A stretch of 62,969 nt of DNA from Beijerinckiaceae bacterium (GTDB lineage: Bacteria > Pseudomonadota > Alphaproteobacteria > Rhizobiales > Beijerinckiaceae). The notes beneath the pieces were generated by a model that worked only from the letters and a program-made list of their open reading frames with translations, did not search any database and was not told the origin of the DNA. Of the stretch, positions 21,382-31,852 are shown in pieces (position 1 is the first letter of the stretch; the number at the start of each line of letters is the position of its first letter). Location of the stretch: assembly GCA_033853615.1 (NCBI GenBank), contig JAWOLK010000036.1, positions 1 through 62,969 of the forward strand, in the 5' to 3' direction. Position numbers and translations under genes: made by a program.

Positions 21382-22089
21382 ATGCTGACGAAAAAGCAAA
21401 GCGATCTCCTGCGGTTCATCCACGAACGGCTGAAGGAGACGGGCGTGCCCCCCTCCTTCGACGAGATGAAAGACGCGCTCGATCTGCGCTCGAAATCGGG
21501 AATTCACCGGCTCGTCCTGGCGCTGGAAGAGCGCGGCTTCATCCGCCGCCTGCCAAACCGCGCCCGCGCTCTGGAGGTGTTGCGCCTCCCGGAGTCGGCG
21601 ACCCCGCCGAGCCTGCCGCGCGGCGGCAAATTTTCGCCCTCGGTCATCGAGGGCAATCTCGGGCGCGTGCGGCCGCTGCACGAGCGTCAGGAGGACGAGG
21701 CGGGCCGCAACATCGCGATTCCCGTCATGGGCCGCATCGCCGCCGGCACGCCGATCTCGGCAATCCAGAGCCGCAGCCACACAATCAGCCTGCCGCCGGA
21801 TCTGCTCGCCAATGGCGAGCATTTCGCGCTCGAAGTGCGCGGCGATTCGATGATAGAGGCCGGCATTCTCGACGGCGATACGGTCGTCATCCGCAAGCAG
21901 GATTCCGCCGAGACCGGCGATATCGTCGTCGCATTGATCGACGACGAGGAAGCGACGTTGAAGCGGCTGCGCAAGCGCGGCGCCTCGATTGCGCTGGAGG
22001 CCGCCAATCCCTCCTATGAGACGCGCATTTTCGGCCCCGACCGGGTGCGCATCCAGGGCAAGCTCGTCAGCCTGCTGCGGCGCTACTGA
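21382..22089 (+). CDS. lexA: SOS repressor LexA
   Basis: MLTKKQ...[18 protein letters not shown] winged helix; IAA|GTP cleavage site; GDSM and ATLKR catalytic Ser/Lys. Confidence 0.97.
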   Translation: MLTKKQSDLLRFIHERLKETGVPPSFDEMKDALDLRSKSGIHRLVLALEERGFIRRLPNRARALEVLRLPESATPPSLPRGGKFSPSVIEGNLGRVRPLHERQEDEAGRNIAIPVMGRIAAGTPISAIQSRSHTISLPPDLLANGEHFALEVRGDSMIEAGILDGDTVVIRKQDSAETGDIVVALIDDEEATLKRLRKRGASIALEAANPSYETRIFGPDRVRIQGKLVSLLRRY

Positions 22090-22125
22090 CCCGGCCCGCC
22101 GCGTCCTGCCTTAGAGGGGCCGCCC

Positions 22126-24378
22126 TCATTCCAGCGGCTCGACCAGCTGGGCCTCGGCCGGCTCCGGCGAGGGTTTTGCGCGCGCGGGGCGGCGCAGCCG
22201 CTTTGGCGGCCGCGACCAGGGCCGGTCCTCATCCTTGCCGCGCGCCGTCGTCCAGATCACAAGCTCGCCGGCAAAGCGCAGCGTCACGGCGCCGGTTTCA
22301 GAGAGCCGGGCCCGGTCGATGACGATCGGCGCGGCGCAACCCTGCGGCGCATAAAGAGGCGTGATCAGAATCGAAGCCCGCGCGCAATCCTCGATCAGCG
22401 CAGTGGGCTCCTCGACGAGCGCAATGCGCCGCCCGTCGGCGGTCTCGGCGACGCAACCGGATGCGTCGCAGGACGCCTCCCGCCGCGCCTCGGCAAGAGG
22501 GCGGTCGTCGGCGTCGGCGCGCAGCCATTGCTCCGCCTGGAAGGCGCCGGGCTTGCGCCCGAGCACGACGAGTTCTCCCGAGCGCAGACGCAGCGCCGCC
22601 GCCTCGCCGGTCGGCGCCACGGCGAGATCGAACCGCGGCCCGCTCACCGCGCCGAGCAGGCCGAGCGCCGCGAAGGGGATGGCGCTCGCCCGAAACGGCC
22701 AGCTGCGCCACAACACGGCCGACAGCAGCGCGAGAGAGAGAAAAACAATCGCCCAGGGCTGGAAGGCCGGCACATTCAGGCTCGCGCCCGGCGCCGCCGC
22801 GATCATGCCCGCGGCTTTCATCACGAGGTCTATGCCGAGGCCGAGCCAGCCCCAGATCAGGCGGTCGAGCCCCAGCGGATAGAGCGCCGCGCCGAGCAGC
22901 GCGCAGGGCACTGCGAAGAATTCGATGATCGCCAAAGTCAGCGGATTGCCGATCAGCACATAAGGGCTGAGCTCATGGAAGTCGTTCGCCATGAAGGAGG
23001 CGGTGGCGGAGGTCGCGCACAGCGTCGCAAAGACCGGCGCCGCCGGCCCATGCAGCAGCCCCTCGGCGGCGCGTCGCCGCAAGGTCTGCAAGCGGCCGGC
23101 GTCAGGCGGCGCGCGCAGCAAGGCGTCGCGCGTCGGCATGGTCGCGCCCCGCGCCTCGAACACGGCGACAAGGGCGGCCACCGCGGCAAAGGACAGTTGG
23201 AAGCTCGCGCCGAGCAGCGCCTCGGGCTCGAAAGCGATGACGAAGAAACTGGCGAAGGCGAGATTGCGCATCGACATCGACGGGCGGTCCACCAAAACCG
23301 CCGCCAGCATGATGAAGGTCATGATCAGCGCGCGCTCGGCGCCGACGCGCGAGCCCGTGCCGATGTCGTAGAGCACCGCGCCGATCATCGCCAGGGCGGC
23401 CGCCCATTTCTTAATTGGATAATCGAGCGCCAGCCTCTGCGAGCAGGCGAGCAGCCGGCGCAGGCCCACGAAGAAAATGCCGGCGACGAGGCTCATCTGC
23501 ACGCCGGAAATGGTGATGATGTGAAAAATCCCCGCGCGCCGTATCAACTCCTTCGCGGCGTCGGAGAGATAGTCGCGTTTGCCGGTCACCATGGCGGCGG
23601 CGATCGCGCCCGCGTCGCCGCCGAGCTGGCCATACACGCGCGCCGCCAAGGCGTTGCGCAGCCTATCGACCGCGGCGAAGAAGCGCAGCGAAAAGGGTCC
23701 CGGCTCCGGCGGCGGCGCGGTCTCTATCCGGCCGAGCGCATTGCCGACCGCGCCGATCTCCATGAAATAGGCGTCGCGGGCGAAATCATAGCCGCCCGGC
23801 AGAGCGTTCCGGGCCGGCGGCAGCAGGCGCGCTTTTACGCCGATGAAGTCGCCGGCGGCGAAAGCGGGGGCGCCGCGGGTCGTCAGCCGCACGCGGCGCG
23901 GCGCGTCGCGCAGGCCCTCGGCGGAGGCGATGCGCAGCAGAAAACGCGCGCCGCCGCGGCGCATGTCCACTTCCTCGACGAAGCCGGTGAGATCGGCGAC
24001 CGCCGGTCTTTGCAGCACGGGCGCAGCGACGCGGGCGGCGCGCCAAGAGGCCGAGAGGAAACCGCCGCACAGACACGCGGCGACGAGCAAGGGCAGATGG
24101 ACGCGCGAATGGCGCCGCGCCAGAAAGGCCGCCGCGGCAAGCGCCAGAAACAGGCCGAGCGCGACCGCGAAGTCAGGCTCGCGATCGGCGGAGAAATACA
24201 GCAACGCGCCGGCGCCCGCGGCGACCGGCAGCCAAAGAAAGGGTCGGCGCAGCGCGATCTCTTCGGCGAGCGCGGCCCTGTAGGCCGCGGCGGTGCGATT
24301 CGCCTGCGCGGCGAGGAAGCGCCCGGCGGCGGAAAGCGGCCGCGTGTCCGCCGCGGCCGCCTCGATCAGTCTTTCCAA
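22126..24378 (-). CDS. comEC: ComEC/Rec2 family competence membrane protein
   Basis: DUF4131 OB-like region (LPGGYDFAR), [20 protein letters not shown]; many TMs; lexA-comEC-gltX synteny. TTG start uncertain. Confidence 0.9.
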   Translation of the reverse strand: MERLIEAAAADTRPLSAAGRFLAAQANRTAAAYRAALAEEIALRRPFLWLPVAAGAGALLYFSADREPDFAVALGLFLALAAAAFLARRHSRVHLPLLVAACLCGGFLSASWRAARVAAPVLQRPAVADLTGFVEEVDMRRGGARFLLRIASAEGLRDAPRRVRLTTRGAPAFAAGDFIGVKARLLPPARNALPGGYDFARDAYFMEIGAVGNALGRIETAPPPEPGPFSLRFFAAVDRLRNALAARVYGQLGGDAGAIAAAMVTGKRDYLSDAAKELIRRAGIFHIITISGVQMSLVAGIFFVGLRRLLACSQRLALDYPIKKWAAALAMIGAVLYDIGTGSRVGAERALIMTFIMLAAVLVDRPSMSMRNLAFASFFVIAFEPEALLGASFQLSFAAVAALVAVFEARGATMPTRDALLRAPPDAGRLQTLRRRAAEGLLHGPAAPVFATLCATSATASFMANDFHELSPYVLIGNPLTLAIIEFFAVPCALLGAALYPLGLDRLIWGWLGLGIDLVMKAAGMIAAAPGASLNVPAFQPWAIVFLSLALLSAVLWRSWPFRASAIPFAALGLLGAVSGPRFDLAVAPTGEAAALRLRSGELVVLGRKPGAFQAEQWLRADADDRPLAEARREASCDASGCVAETADGRRIALVEEPTALIEDCARASILITPLYAPQGCAAPIVIDRARLSETGAVTLRFAGELVIWTTARGKDEDRPWSRPPKRLRRPARAKPSPEPAEAQLVEPLE

Positions 24379-24536
24379 AGCGGCTTCCTCGAATCACGTT
24401 GATTCTACGGAAGAACATCCCTCCTTCGGCCCCGCGTCAACCGGGGGTGAAATGCCGCGTCAACCATGTTAGAGGGAGGTCCTCCCGGCGCGGCCCTTCC
24501 GCGCGACCTCCCTCAAAGCTTCGGCTGGTCCTAGAC

Positions 24537-25961
24537 ATGTCGCAGAACGTCGTCACCCGTTTCGCCCCCTCGCCCACGGGGTTCCTTCATATCGGCGGGG
24601 CGCGCACGGCGCTGTTCAACTGGCTGCACGCCCGCAAGCATGGCGGGCGCATGTTGCTGCGTATCGAGGACACCGATCGCGAACGCTCCACCCAGGCGGC
24701 GATCGACGCGATTCTCGACGGGCTGCGCTGGCTCGGCCTCAATTGGGACGGCGACGTCGTCTATCAATTTTCGCGCGCCGACCGGCACCGCGCCGTAGCC
24801 GAGCAATTGCTGGCCGAGGGCAAGGCCTATCGCTGCTACGCCTCGGCGCAGGAGCTCGAAGAGATGCGCGAGAAAGCCCGCGCCGAGGGCCGACCGCCGC
24901 GCTACGACGGCCGTTGGCGCGATCGCGATCCGTCCGAAGCGCCGGCCGGCGTCGCCCCGGTCATCCGGCTGAAGACGCCGCAGGAGGGCGAGACGGTCAT
25001 CGACGACGCGGTGCAGGGCCGGGTCGTCTTCCCCAACAAGGACATTGACGATTTCGTGCTGCTGCGCTCGGACGGCACGCCGACCTTCATGCTCGCCGTG
25101 GTGGTGGACGATCACGACATGGGCGTGACGCAAATCATCCGCGGCGACGACCATCTCACCAATGCGGCGCGGCAGAAGCATATCTACGACGCGCTCGGTT
25201 GGGAGACGCCGGCCTTCGCCCATATTCCGCTGATCCACGGGCCGGACGGCGCGAAGCTGTCGAAGCGGCACGGCGCGCTCGGCGTCGACGCTTATCGCGC
25301 CATGGGCTATCTGCCGGCGGCGCTGCGCAATTATCTCGCGCGGCTCGGCTGGAGTCAGGGCGACAAGGAGTTCTTCACCGGCGACGAGCTGATCGCGGCT
25401 TTCGATCTTGCGCAAGTCCACCGCTCGCCGGCGCGCTTCGATTTCGTCAAGCTCGAAAACATGAACGGCCATTTCATGCGCGCGACCGACGACGCCGAAT
25501 TGCTCGACGCCTTGATCGCCACGCTGCCCTATCTCAACGGCGGGCCGGAGATCGCCGCCCGCCTCGACGAGACGAAGAAGGCGCAATTGCTCGCCGCCAT
25601 GCCGGGCCTCAAGGCGCGCGCCAAGACGCTGAACGAGCTGCTCGACGGCGCGCGTTTCCTCTTCGCCGACCGCCCGCTGGCGCTCGACGACAAGGCGGCG
25701 AAACTGCTGTCGGGCGAAGGGCGCGCGCGCCTCGCCGACATTGCGCCGCGGCTCGCCGCGCTGCAGGAATGGACGGCCCAGACGACCGAAGCCGCGGTGC
25801 GCGACGCCTCCGTCGCGCTCGGCGTCAAACTCGGCGATCTTGCGCAGCCGCTGCGCGCCGCCCTCACCGGCCGCGCCACCTCGCCCGGCATTTTCGACGT
25901 GCTGGCGATTCTCGGCAAAGAGGAGAGCCTCGCCCGGCTCGACGACCAGCTCCCGCGCTAG
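24537..25961 (+). CDS. gltX: Glutamate--tRNA ligase
   Basis: [15 protein letters not shown] (HIGH), LRIEDTD, IIRGDDH, KLSKRHG (KMSKS). Confidence 0.98.
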   Translation: MSQNVVTRFAPSPTGFLHIGGARTALFNWLHARKHGGRMLLRIEDTDRERSTQAAIDAILDGLRWLGLNWDGDVVYQFSRADRHRAVAEQLLAEGKAYRCYASAQELEEMREKARAEGRPPRYDGRWRDRDPSEAPAGVAPVIRLKTPQEGETVIDDAVQGRVVFPNKDIDDFVLLRSDGTPTFMLAVVVDDHDMGVTQIIRGDDHLTNAARQKHIYDALGWETPAFAHIPLIHGPDGAKLSKRHGALGVDAYRAMGYLPAALRNYLARLGWSQGDKEFFTGDELIAAFDLAQVHRSPARFDFVKLENMNGHFMRATDDAELLDALIATLPYLNGGPEIAARLDETKKAQLLAAMPGLKARAKTLNELLDGARFLFADRPLALDDKAAKLLSGEGRARLADIAPRLAALQEWTAQTTEAAVRDASVALGVKLGDLAQPLRAALTGRATSPGIFDVLAILGKEESLARLDDQLPR

Positions 25962-26073
25962 AGCCTCCTCCCTCTCGGCGGGAAAACGCCGGGGTCAGCC
26001 TCGGAGCGGCGCGGCAGGATAAAATTAATCCTATCTTGAGCTTCGCTTGACAGCCTATTCCAATGCTATAGCG

Positions 26074-26088
26074 TTGTGCGATGCACAA
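26074..26088. promoter_or_regulatory. Palindromic PhaR/AniA-like site upstream of gltA
   Basis: TTGTGC-gat-GCACAA (TGC-N3-GCA core) ~115 nt before the gltA ATG. Confidence 0.5.
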
Positions 26089-26204
26089 ATGTCGCCATCG
26101 CGCCGACGTCAGGGATCATTTCGCCGCAATGCTCCTATTTCTATGGGCGTTGCAGGCGGCGCGGCGGTTGAAGCGTGGCGGTCGATGATTAAGGGGCGCA
26201 AGCC

Positions 26205-27494
26205 ATGAATGATAAGACAGGTTCCCTTCAGCTCGACGGCAAGACGATCGATTTCCCGATAAAGAAGGGCACGATTGGCCCGGAGGTCATCGACATCCGC
26301 TCGCTCTACGCCGATACGGGCATGTTCACCTATGATCCGGGCTTCACCTCGACGGCGAGCTGCGAGTCGAAGATCACCTTCATCGACGGCGACGAGGGCG
26401 TGCTGCTCTACCGCGGCTATCCGATCGAGCAGCTCGCCGAGCACGGCGACTTCCTCGAAACCTGCTATCTGCTGCTCTATGGCGAATTGCCGACCGCGAC
26501 GCAAAAGGCGGATTTCGATTATCGCATCGTGCGCCACACGATGGTGCATGAGCAGATGGCCCGCTTCTTCCAGGGCTTCCGCCGCGACGCGCATCCGATG
26601 GCGGTGATGGTCGCCTCGGTCGGCGCGCTGTCGGCCTTCTACCACGACTCGACGAATATCGCCGATCCGAACCAGCGTATGGTCGCCTCGACGCGGATGA
26701 TCGCCAAGATCCCGACGCTCGCCGCCATGGCCTATACATATTCGATCGGCCAGCCCTTCGTTTATCCGAAGAACGAGCTCGATTACACCTCGAACTTCCT
26801 GCGCATGTGCTTCGCCGTGCCCTGCGAAGAGTATAAGGTCAATCCGGTGTTGTCGCGCGCGCTCGACCGTATCTTCATCCTGCACGCGGACCATGAGCAG
26901 AACGCCTCGACCTCGACGGTGCGTCTCTCCGGCTCCTCGGGCGCCAACCCCTTCGCCTGTATTGCGGCCGGCATCGCCTCGCTGTGGGGCCCGGCGCATG
27001 GCGGCGCCAATGAGGCGGTGCTTAAGATGCTCGCCGAGATCGGCACGCCGGAGCGCATCCCGCAATATATCGCCCGCGCCAAGGACAAGAACGATCCGTT
27101 CCGCCTGATGGGCTTCGGCCATCGCGTCTATAAGAATTACGACCCGCGCGCAAAAATCATGCAGCGCACGACACGCGAAGTCCTGAACGAACTCGGCGTG
27201 AAGGATCCGCTGCTCGACGTGGCCCTGGAGCTCGAGCGCATCGCCCTGCACGATGAATATTTCATCGAGAAGAAACTCTATCCGAACATCGACTTCTACT
27301 CCGGCATCACGCTGAAGGCGATGAACTTCCCGACGGCGATGTTCACCGTGCTGTTCGCCGTGGCGCGCACGGTCGGCTGGATCGCGCAGTGGAAAGAGAT
27401 GATCGAAGACCCGGGCTCGAAGATCGGCCGCCCCCGCCAGCTCTATACCGGCGAGACTTTGCGCGATTACGTGCCGATGTCGAAGCGCTCGTGA
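26205..27494 (+). CDS. gltA: Type II citrate synthase
   Basis: [63 protein letters not shown]. Confidence 0.98.
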   Translation: MNDKTGSLQLDGKTIDFPIKKGTIGPEVIDIRSLYADTGMFTYDPGFTSTASCESKITFIDGDEGVLLYRGYPIEQLAEHGDFLETCYLLLYGELPTATQKADFDYRIVRHTMVHEQMARFFQGFRRDAHPMAVMVASVGALSAFYHDSTNIADPNQRMVASTRMIAKIPTLAAMAYTYSIGQPFVYPKNELDYTSNFLRMCFAVPCEEYKVNPVLSRALDRIFILHADHEQNASTSTVRLSGSSGANPFACIAAGIASLWGPAHGGANEAVLKMLAEIGTPERIPQYIARAKDKNDPFRLMGFGHRVYKNYDPRAKIMQRTTREVLNELGVKDPLLDVALELERIALHDEYFIEKKLYPNIDFYSGITLKAMNFPTAMFTVLFAVARTVGWIAQWKEMIEDPGSKIGRPRQLYTGETLRDYVPMSKRS

Positions 27495-27538
27495 AAAAAT
27501 ATCGCGGCCTTGAGCGCGCGCGATACTCTGTTCGGCAA

Positions 27539-27566
27539 GCCGGGCGGCCCCGCCCGGCCTTATTTT
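27539..27566 (+). terminator. Putative intrinsic terminator after gltA
   Basis: GCCGGGCGG-cc-CCGCCCGGC followed by CTTATTTT. Confidence 0.6.
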
Positions 27567-27577
27567 AGCGGCGCGGC

Positions 27578-27928
27578 CTACTGCCGCGTCCAGTTTTCCA
27601 GGCCGAGAGTCACGCCTTTCTGATAAGTCCAGACGCCCTTCCAGCCGTCGCCGTCTTCTCCATAAAGGGCGAGGCCGGTCTCATTGCCGGATTTATAGCT
27701 GATCGCAATGAAGCCGTGATCGCCGATTCCCGTCCCGACATAGGTCTGGCCGCCGACCTTCCAGACGACCTTATAGGTGTCGCCGGTCTTTTCGACGGTC
27801 GCGGTTCCGGAATATTCGCCGCCGCCGGGATTGGCTCCATGGACGACATAGCGCCCAACCGGATCAGCCGCCCAGGCCGGCCAAACAAACAAACCTGCGG
27901 CGATCGCCGCAGGGGGAAGAATGCGCAT
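27578..27928 (-). CDS. Small secreted beta-rich hypothetical protein
   Basis: Signal peptide ending AWA|A; Gly/Tyr/Trp-rich alternating strands (G.Y.V.G.NP...Y.G...V); GGGG RBS. Confidence 0.8.
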   Translation of the reverse strand: MRILPPAAIAAGLFVWPAWAADPVGRYVVHGANPGGGEYSGTATVEKTGDTYKVVWKVGGQTYVGTGIGDHGFIAISYKSGNETGLALYGEDGDGWKGVWTYQKGVTLGLENWTRQ

Positions 27929-28022
27929 AAAGATCCCCCTGAAAATTCAACCAGAAGCAGGGTAACAGTTTCCCCGCCCTGCGCAACTTATTGAAATGTA
28001 AAAGACGGATGTTTTTCGCGCG

Positions 28023-29159
28023 CTATTGCGCCGGCTTCCCGGCGTAGCGCAGAACGATTCGCGCCGCCTCGGCGCTGGGGCGGTCGCCGCCCGCCAGTAT
28101 CTCGGCGCGCACTTTCGCGAAGGCGGCAAGCTGCGCGTCACGCGCCGGCCCGCCTGAGAGGAGCGGCAGAAGCGCCTCGGCAAGCGCCTGCGGCGTCGCC
28201 TCTCGCTGCAGGAACTCCGGAATGGCGCCGGCGCCGATAACCAGATTGGGCAGGACGATCGAATCGACGGTGATCAGAAAGCGCAGCCACGCCTCCGCCG
28301 GCGACACCTTATAAGCGACCGCCATGGGAACGCCGGCCAGCGCCAATTCGAGCGTCGCGACGCCGGAGGTCACGAGCGCCGCCCGCGCCGCGCGAAAGGC
28401 GGCGAATTTCTCGGGCCCGAACAGAAGCCGCGGCCGGGTCGGCCAGCGCCGCACCGCCGCGCGCACCGCCTCTTCGACATGCGGAGCGACCGGCACGGCG
28501 ACGTCCAATCGGGGATGCGCCCTCGCGAGCAGCCGCAGCGTTTCGCCATAGACAGGGGCGAGGCGGCGCACCTCGGCGAGCCGCGAGCCGGGCAACACAA
28601 GCAACGGCCCGCGCGCCCGCGCGTTTTCCGGGCCGGGCGCCAAATCGGCCAGACGCTCGACCAGCGGATGGCCGACATAAGTGCAAGGCGGGCCGCCGAG
28701 CCGTCGATGCGCCTCGGGCTCGAAGGGCAGCAGCGCCAACACATGGTCCACATAGGCGCGCATCGCCCGCGCCCGCCCCGGTCGCCAGGCCCAGACCGTC
28801 GGGCTCACATAATTCACGACCGGCAGTTGCGGCAGGCGCGCCCGCACCCGCCGGGCGACGCGATGGGTGAAATCCGGCGCGTCGATCAGCACGAGACAAT
28901 CTGGAGGATCGGCGCAGATCGCCGCGGCGGCGGCCTCGATCCGCGCAATGAGGCGTGGCAGCCGGCCCAGCACCGGGATGAGCCCCATCACGGCGATGTC
29001 TTCCAGCGGAAAGAGGCTTTCCAACCCCTCCCCCGTCATGTCGGCGCCGCCGACGCCGGCGAACCGCGCCTCCGGCCGCGCCTCGCGCAGGGCGCGCATC
29101 AGCGCCGCGCCGAGGCTGTCGCCGGAGCTTTCTCCCGCCAACAGAAAGATGCGCGTCAA
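28023..29159 (-). CDS. lpxB: Lipid-A-disaccharide synthase
   Basis: LAGESSGD, IDAPDF, YVSPTVWAWR, LPFE, YVGHPL, LPGSR; TTG start overlaps the lpxA stop (TTGA). Confidence 0.95.
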   Translation of the reverse strand: MTRIFLLAGESSGDSLGAALMRALREARPEARFAGVGGADMTGEGLESLFPLEDIAVMGLIPVLGRLPRLIARIEAAAAAICADPPDCLVLIDAPDFTHRVARRVRARLPQLPVVNYVSPTVWAWRPGRARAMRAYVDHVLALLPFEPEAHRRLGGPPCTYVGHPLVERLADLAPGPENARARGPLLVLPGSRLAEVRRLAPVYGETLRLLARAHPRLDVAVPVAPHVEEAVRAAVRRWPTRPRLLFGPEKFAAFRAARAALVTSGVATLELALAGVPMAVAYKVSPAEAWLRFLITVDSIVLPNLVIGAGAIPEFLQREATPQALAEALLPLLSGGPARDAQLAAFAKVRAEILAGGDRPSAEAARIVLRYAGKPAQ

Positions 29160-29980
29160 GATGTCGGCTCGCCGCCGCCGCGCGGGGCGCAAAGCGGCCG
29201 CGCCGAGGGCGCTTGCAGAAAATCCACCAGCATGGAGAGATCCGTGTCGGCGCCGGCCGTAGCCGCGATCGCCGCGACGCGCTCGGCGAGGCTCGCTTGC
29301 GCATCGTCGGAGAAAATCCGGCGATAGGCCGATTTCAGCTTGGAGATACGGGCCGCGTCGAACCCGCGGCGGCGCAGACCGACGATATTCAGCCCGAAGA
29401 GATGGGCGCGGTCGCCGCCGGCGAGGCCGAACGGCGCGACATCGCCCTCAACCCCGGACAAGCCCGCCACAAACGCATGGGCGCCGATGCGGACATGCTG
29501 GTGGATCGCCGCGCCGCCGCCGATCATCACATGGTCGCCGATTTTCACATGCCCGCCGAGCAGAACCTGGTTCGACAGCACGACGCCCTCCCCCAGCGCG
29601 CAATCATGGGCGACATGCGCATGGGCGAGCAACGTGCATGTATCGCCGATCCGCGTGACCCCGCCGCCGCCCGGCGTGCCGAGATGGGCGGTCACGCCTT
29701 CACGGATCACGCAATCGGCGCCGATGACCAGAGCGCCTTGCGCGCCGGCCGATTTCAAATCCTGCGCGGGCGCGCCGAGCGCGGCGAAAGGGTAAATTCG
29801 CGACCGCGGGCCGATCCGCAGCGCGCCGGCAAGGACGACATGCGACAGGAGCTCCACCCCCTCCCCGAGCTCCACGCCGGCGCCGACGTGACAGAACGGC
29901 CCGATGACGCAGCCCGGAGCCAGCCGCGCACCGGCTTCGACGAGCGCCAGAGGATGGACGAAAATGTCCATGTCGCCCAC
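29156..29980 (-). CDS. lpxA: UDP-GlcNAc O-acyltransferase
   Basis: Hexapeptide repeats, QDLK, IREGVT, HVAHDC, HQHVRIG, GLNIVGLRRRGF. Confidence 0.95.
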   Translation of the reverse strand: MGDMDIFVHPLALVEAGARLAPGCVIGPFCHVGAGVELGEGVELLSHVVLAGALRIGPRSRIYPFAALGAPAQDLKSAGAQGALVIGADCVIREGVTAHLGTPGGGGVTRIGDTCTLLAHAHVAHDCALGEGVVLSNQVLLGGHVKIGDHVMIGGGAAIHQHVRIGAHAFVAGLSGVEGDVAPFGLAGGDRAHLFGLNIVGLRRRGFDAARISKLKSAYRRIFSDDAQASLAERVAAIAATAGADTDLSMLVDFLQAPSARPLCAPRGGGEPTS

Positions 29981-29993
29981 CCGTCTCCGGCTG

Positions 29994-30455
29994 TCAGACC
30001 CCGATCATCGCGCTGATCTGCGCCTCGCAGACGAGCGCGCCATCGACGAGGGCGCGGCCGGAATACCAGAAAATATTCCGCTTGTGCGCCGTTTTGGTCA
30101 TGTGGAATTCGATCCGGTCGCCCGGTCCGACCGGCTTGCGGAATTTGGCGCTGTCGATCGTGACGAAATAGACGCTCTTCGGACGCTCGACGCCGCTCGC
30201 CGCGCGCATGGCGATGACGCCCGCCGTCTGGGCCATGGCCTCGATCATCAGCACGCCCGGCATCACCGGCCGCTCCGGGAAATGACCCTGGAACTGCGGC
30301 TCGTTGATCGTCACATTCTTGATGCCGACGCAGGAGGCGTCGCCGCGAATGTCAATGATCCGATCAACCAGCAAGAACGGATAGCGGTGCGGAAGATAGC
30401 GCAGAATCTCGAGAATATCGGCGGTTTCCAGCGTTTCGCCCACGACGTCGGCCAT
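29994..30455 (-). CDS. fabZ: 3-hydroxyacyl-ACP dehydratase
   Basis: [36 protein letters not shown]. Confidence 0.97.
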   Translation of the reverse strand: MADVVGETLETADILEILRYLPHRYPFLLVDRIIDIRGDASCVGIKNVTINEPQFQGHFPERPVMPGVLMIEAMAQTAGVIAMRAASGVERPKSVYFVTIDSAKFRKPVGPGDRIEFHMTKTAHKRNIFWYSGRALVDGALVCEAQISAMIGV

Positions 30456-30608
30456 TGAATCGTCCCTCTCCCCGCCGGGTTCGAGTAGACGCCCGGCTTG
30501 TTGTCATTGGTGTGTAAGCAAATTTCGCAGGGATTTTCCAGTCCGGCCCGGTGTTTCGAGGAAATTGGCGGAGCAAAAGCCGCCGCCGTCAGGCGGCAGA
30601 CGCGCTTG

Positions 30609-31658
30609 CTAAAGCCTGTCGCCAGGCCGCCGGCCGAGGCGGTCGATCAGCGCGGCGCTGCGCAGAAAGCGGCGGATCGGCCGGGCCGGCGCGCCGCCGA
30701 CGCGCGCTCCGGCCGGCACATCGCGCATCACGCCGGATTGCGCCGCAATCGCCGCGCCCTCGCCGACCGTCAGATGGCCGCCGATCGCGGACTGCCCGCC
30801 CATCAAGACAAAGTCGCCGATCTCGCAAGAGCCGGCGATCCCCGTCTGCGCGACGATCATACAGCCGCGGCCGATCTGAACATTGTGGCCGATTTGCACG
30901 AGATTATCGATCTTCGTGCCCTCGCCGATGGTCGTGTCGCTCATCGCGCCACGGTCGATCGCGACATTGGCCCCGATCTCGACATTGTCCTGCACGATGA
31001 CCCTGCCGATTTGCGGCGTCTTCAAATGCCCTTCGCGCCGCAGCGCAAAGCCGAAGCCGTCCTGTCCGAGCCGCGCGCCGGGATGGATCACCACGCGATC
31101 GCCGATCAAGGCATGGCTGATCGTCACATGCGCGCCGATGGAGCAGCCCCGCCCGATACAGACCTTCGGACCGATGACGCTATGCGCGCCGATCACCGAA
31201 CCGGAGCCGATTTGCGCCTCGGGTCCGATGACTGCGCCGGGGTCTACGGTGACGTCGGCCTCTAGACGCGCCTGCGGATGGACGAAGGCCCCGGGCGACA
31301 CGCCGCTCGCGGCAAATGACGTCGCCGGGCGCAGCGCCTCGGGAAAGAGATGCGCCAGCGCAAGGGTCATCGCGCGTTGCGGCTCCGCGACGATGAGGCC
31401 GACGCAGCCTCGCGGGAGCGCCTCTGCATGACGCGCGCGGATGAAACAGGCCGTCGCCCGGGCCAGGGCCAAGGCCGGGGCGTAGCGCATATGCTCAAAA
31501 AACGTGAGGTCCCCGGGACCGCTCGCATCGAGCGGCGCGACGCCGGTGATCAGCGCCTCTGCCGCCTCGGCGCCGCCGAGGATTTGCGCCCGGCCGACTT
31601 CGGCGATTTCGGCCAAGGGCGCAGGCGCCGCCAAGTGAAAGAAGCTATGGCCGCCCAA
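30609..31658 (-). CDS. lpxD: UDP-3-O-(3-hydroxyacyl)glucosamine N-acyltransferase
   Basis: GQDGFGF, PQIGRV, EIGAN..IDRG, TKIDNLVQIGHN; TTG 31658 with AAGGG upstream chosen as start. Confidence 0.94.
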   Translation of the reverse strand: MGGHSFFHLAAPAPLAEIAEVGRAQILGGAEAAEALITGVAPLDASGPGDLTFFEHMRYAPALALARATACFIRARHAEALPRGCVGLIVAEPQRAMTLALAHLFPEALRPATSFAASGVSPGAFVHPQARLEADVTVDPGAVIGPEAQIGSGSVIGAHSVIGPKVCIGRGCSIGAHVTISHALIGDRVVIHPGARLGQDGFGFALRREGHLKTPQIGRVIVQDNVEIGANVAIDRGAMSDTTIGEGTKIDNLVQIGHNVQIGRGCMIVAQTGIAGSCEIGDFVLMGGQSAIGGHLTVGEGAAIAAQSGVMRDVPAGARVGGAPARPIRRFLRSAALIDRLGRRPGDRL

Positions 31659-31852
31659 CGCTGGAACCCTTTTTGAAACGCGAGCTGGAGCTTGCCGCAA
31701 GGGCGCGAAGCGACGCTCTGGCCGCCGCAAGCTCCCCGGCTATTTTCTCGCCGAGCAGGCCCTGTCTCGGCGGGGAATCCGCGACCATCCGCAGGAGGGC
31801 CGCGAGATCGAAGCCCGCCAGGACCATGGGGCCCGGCGGGCGACGATTATTA

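Noticed and set aside
26047-26072. TTGACA...TATAGC as the gltA sigma70 promoter
   Set aside because: Spacer is only 14 nt, so the pair is not supportable as one promoter.
31659-31852. Missing skp/ompH between bamA and lpxD
   Set aside because: Absence at this position is common in Rhizobiales and no remnant is visible.
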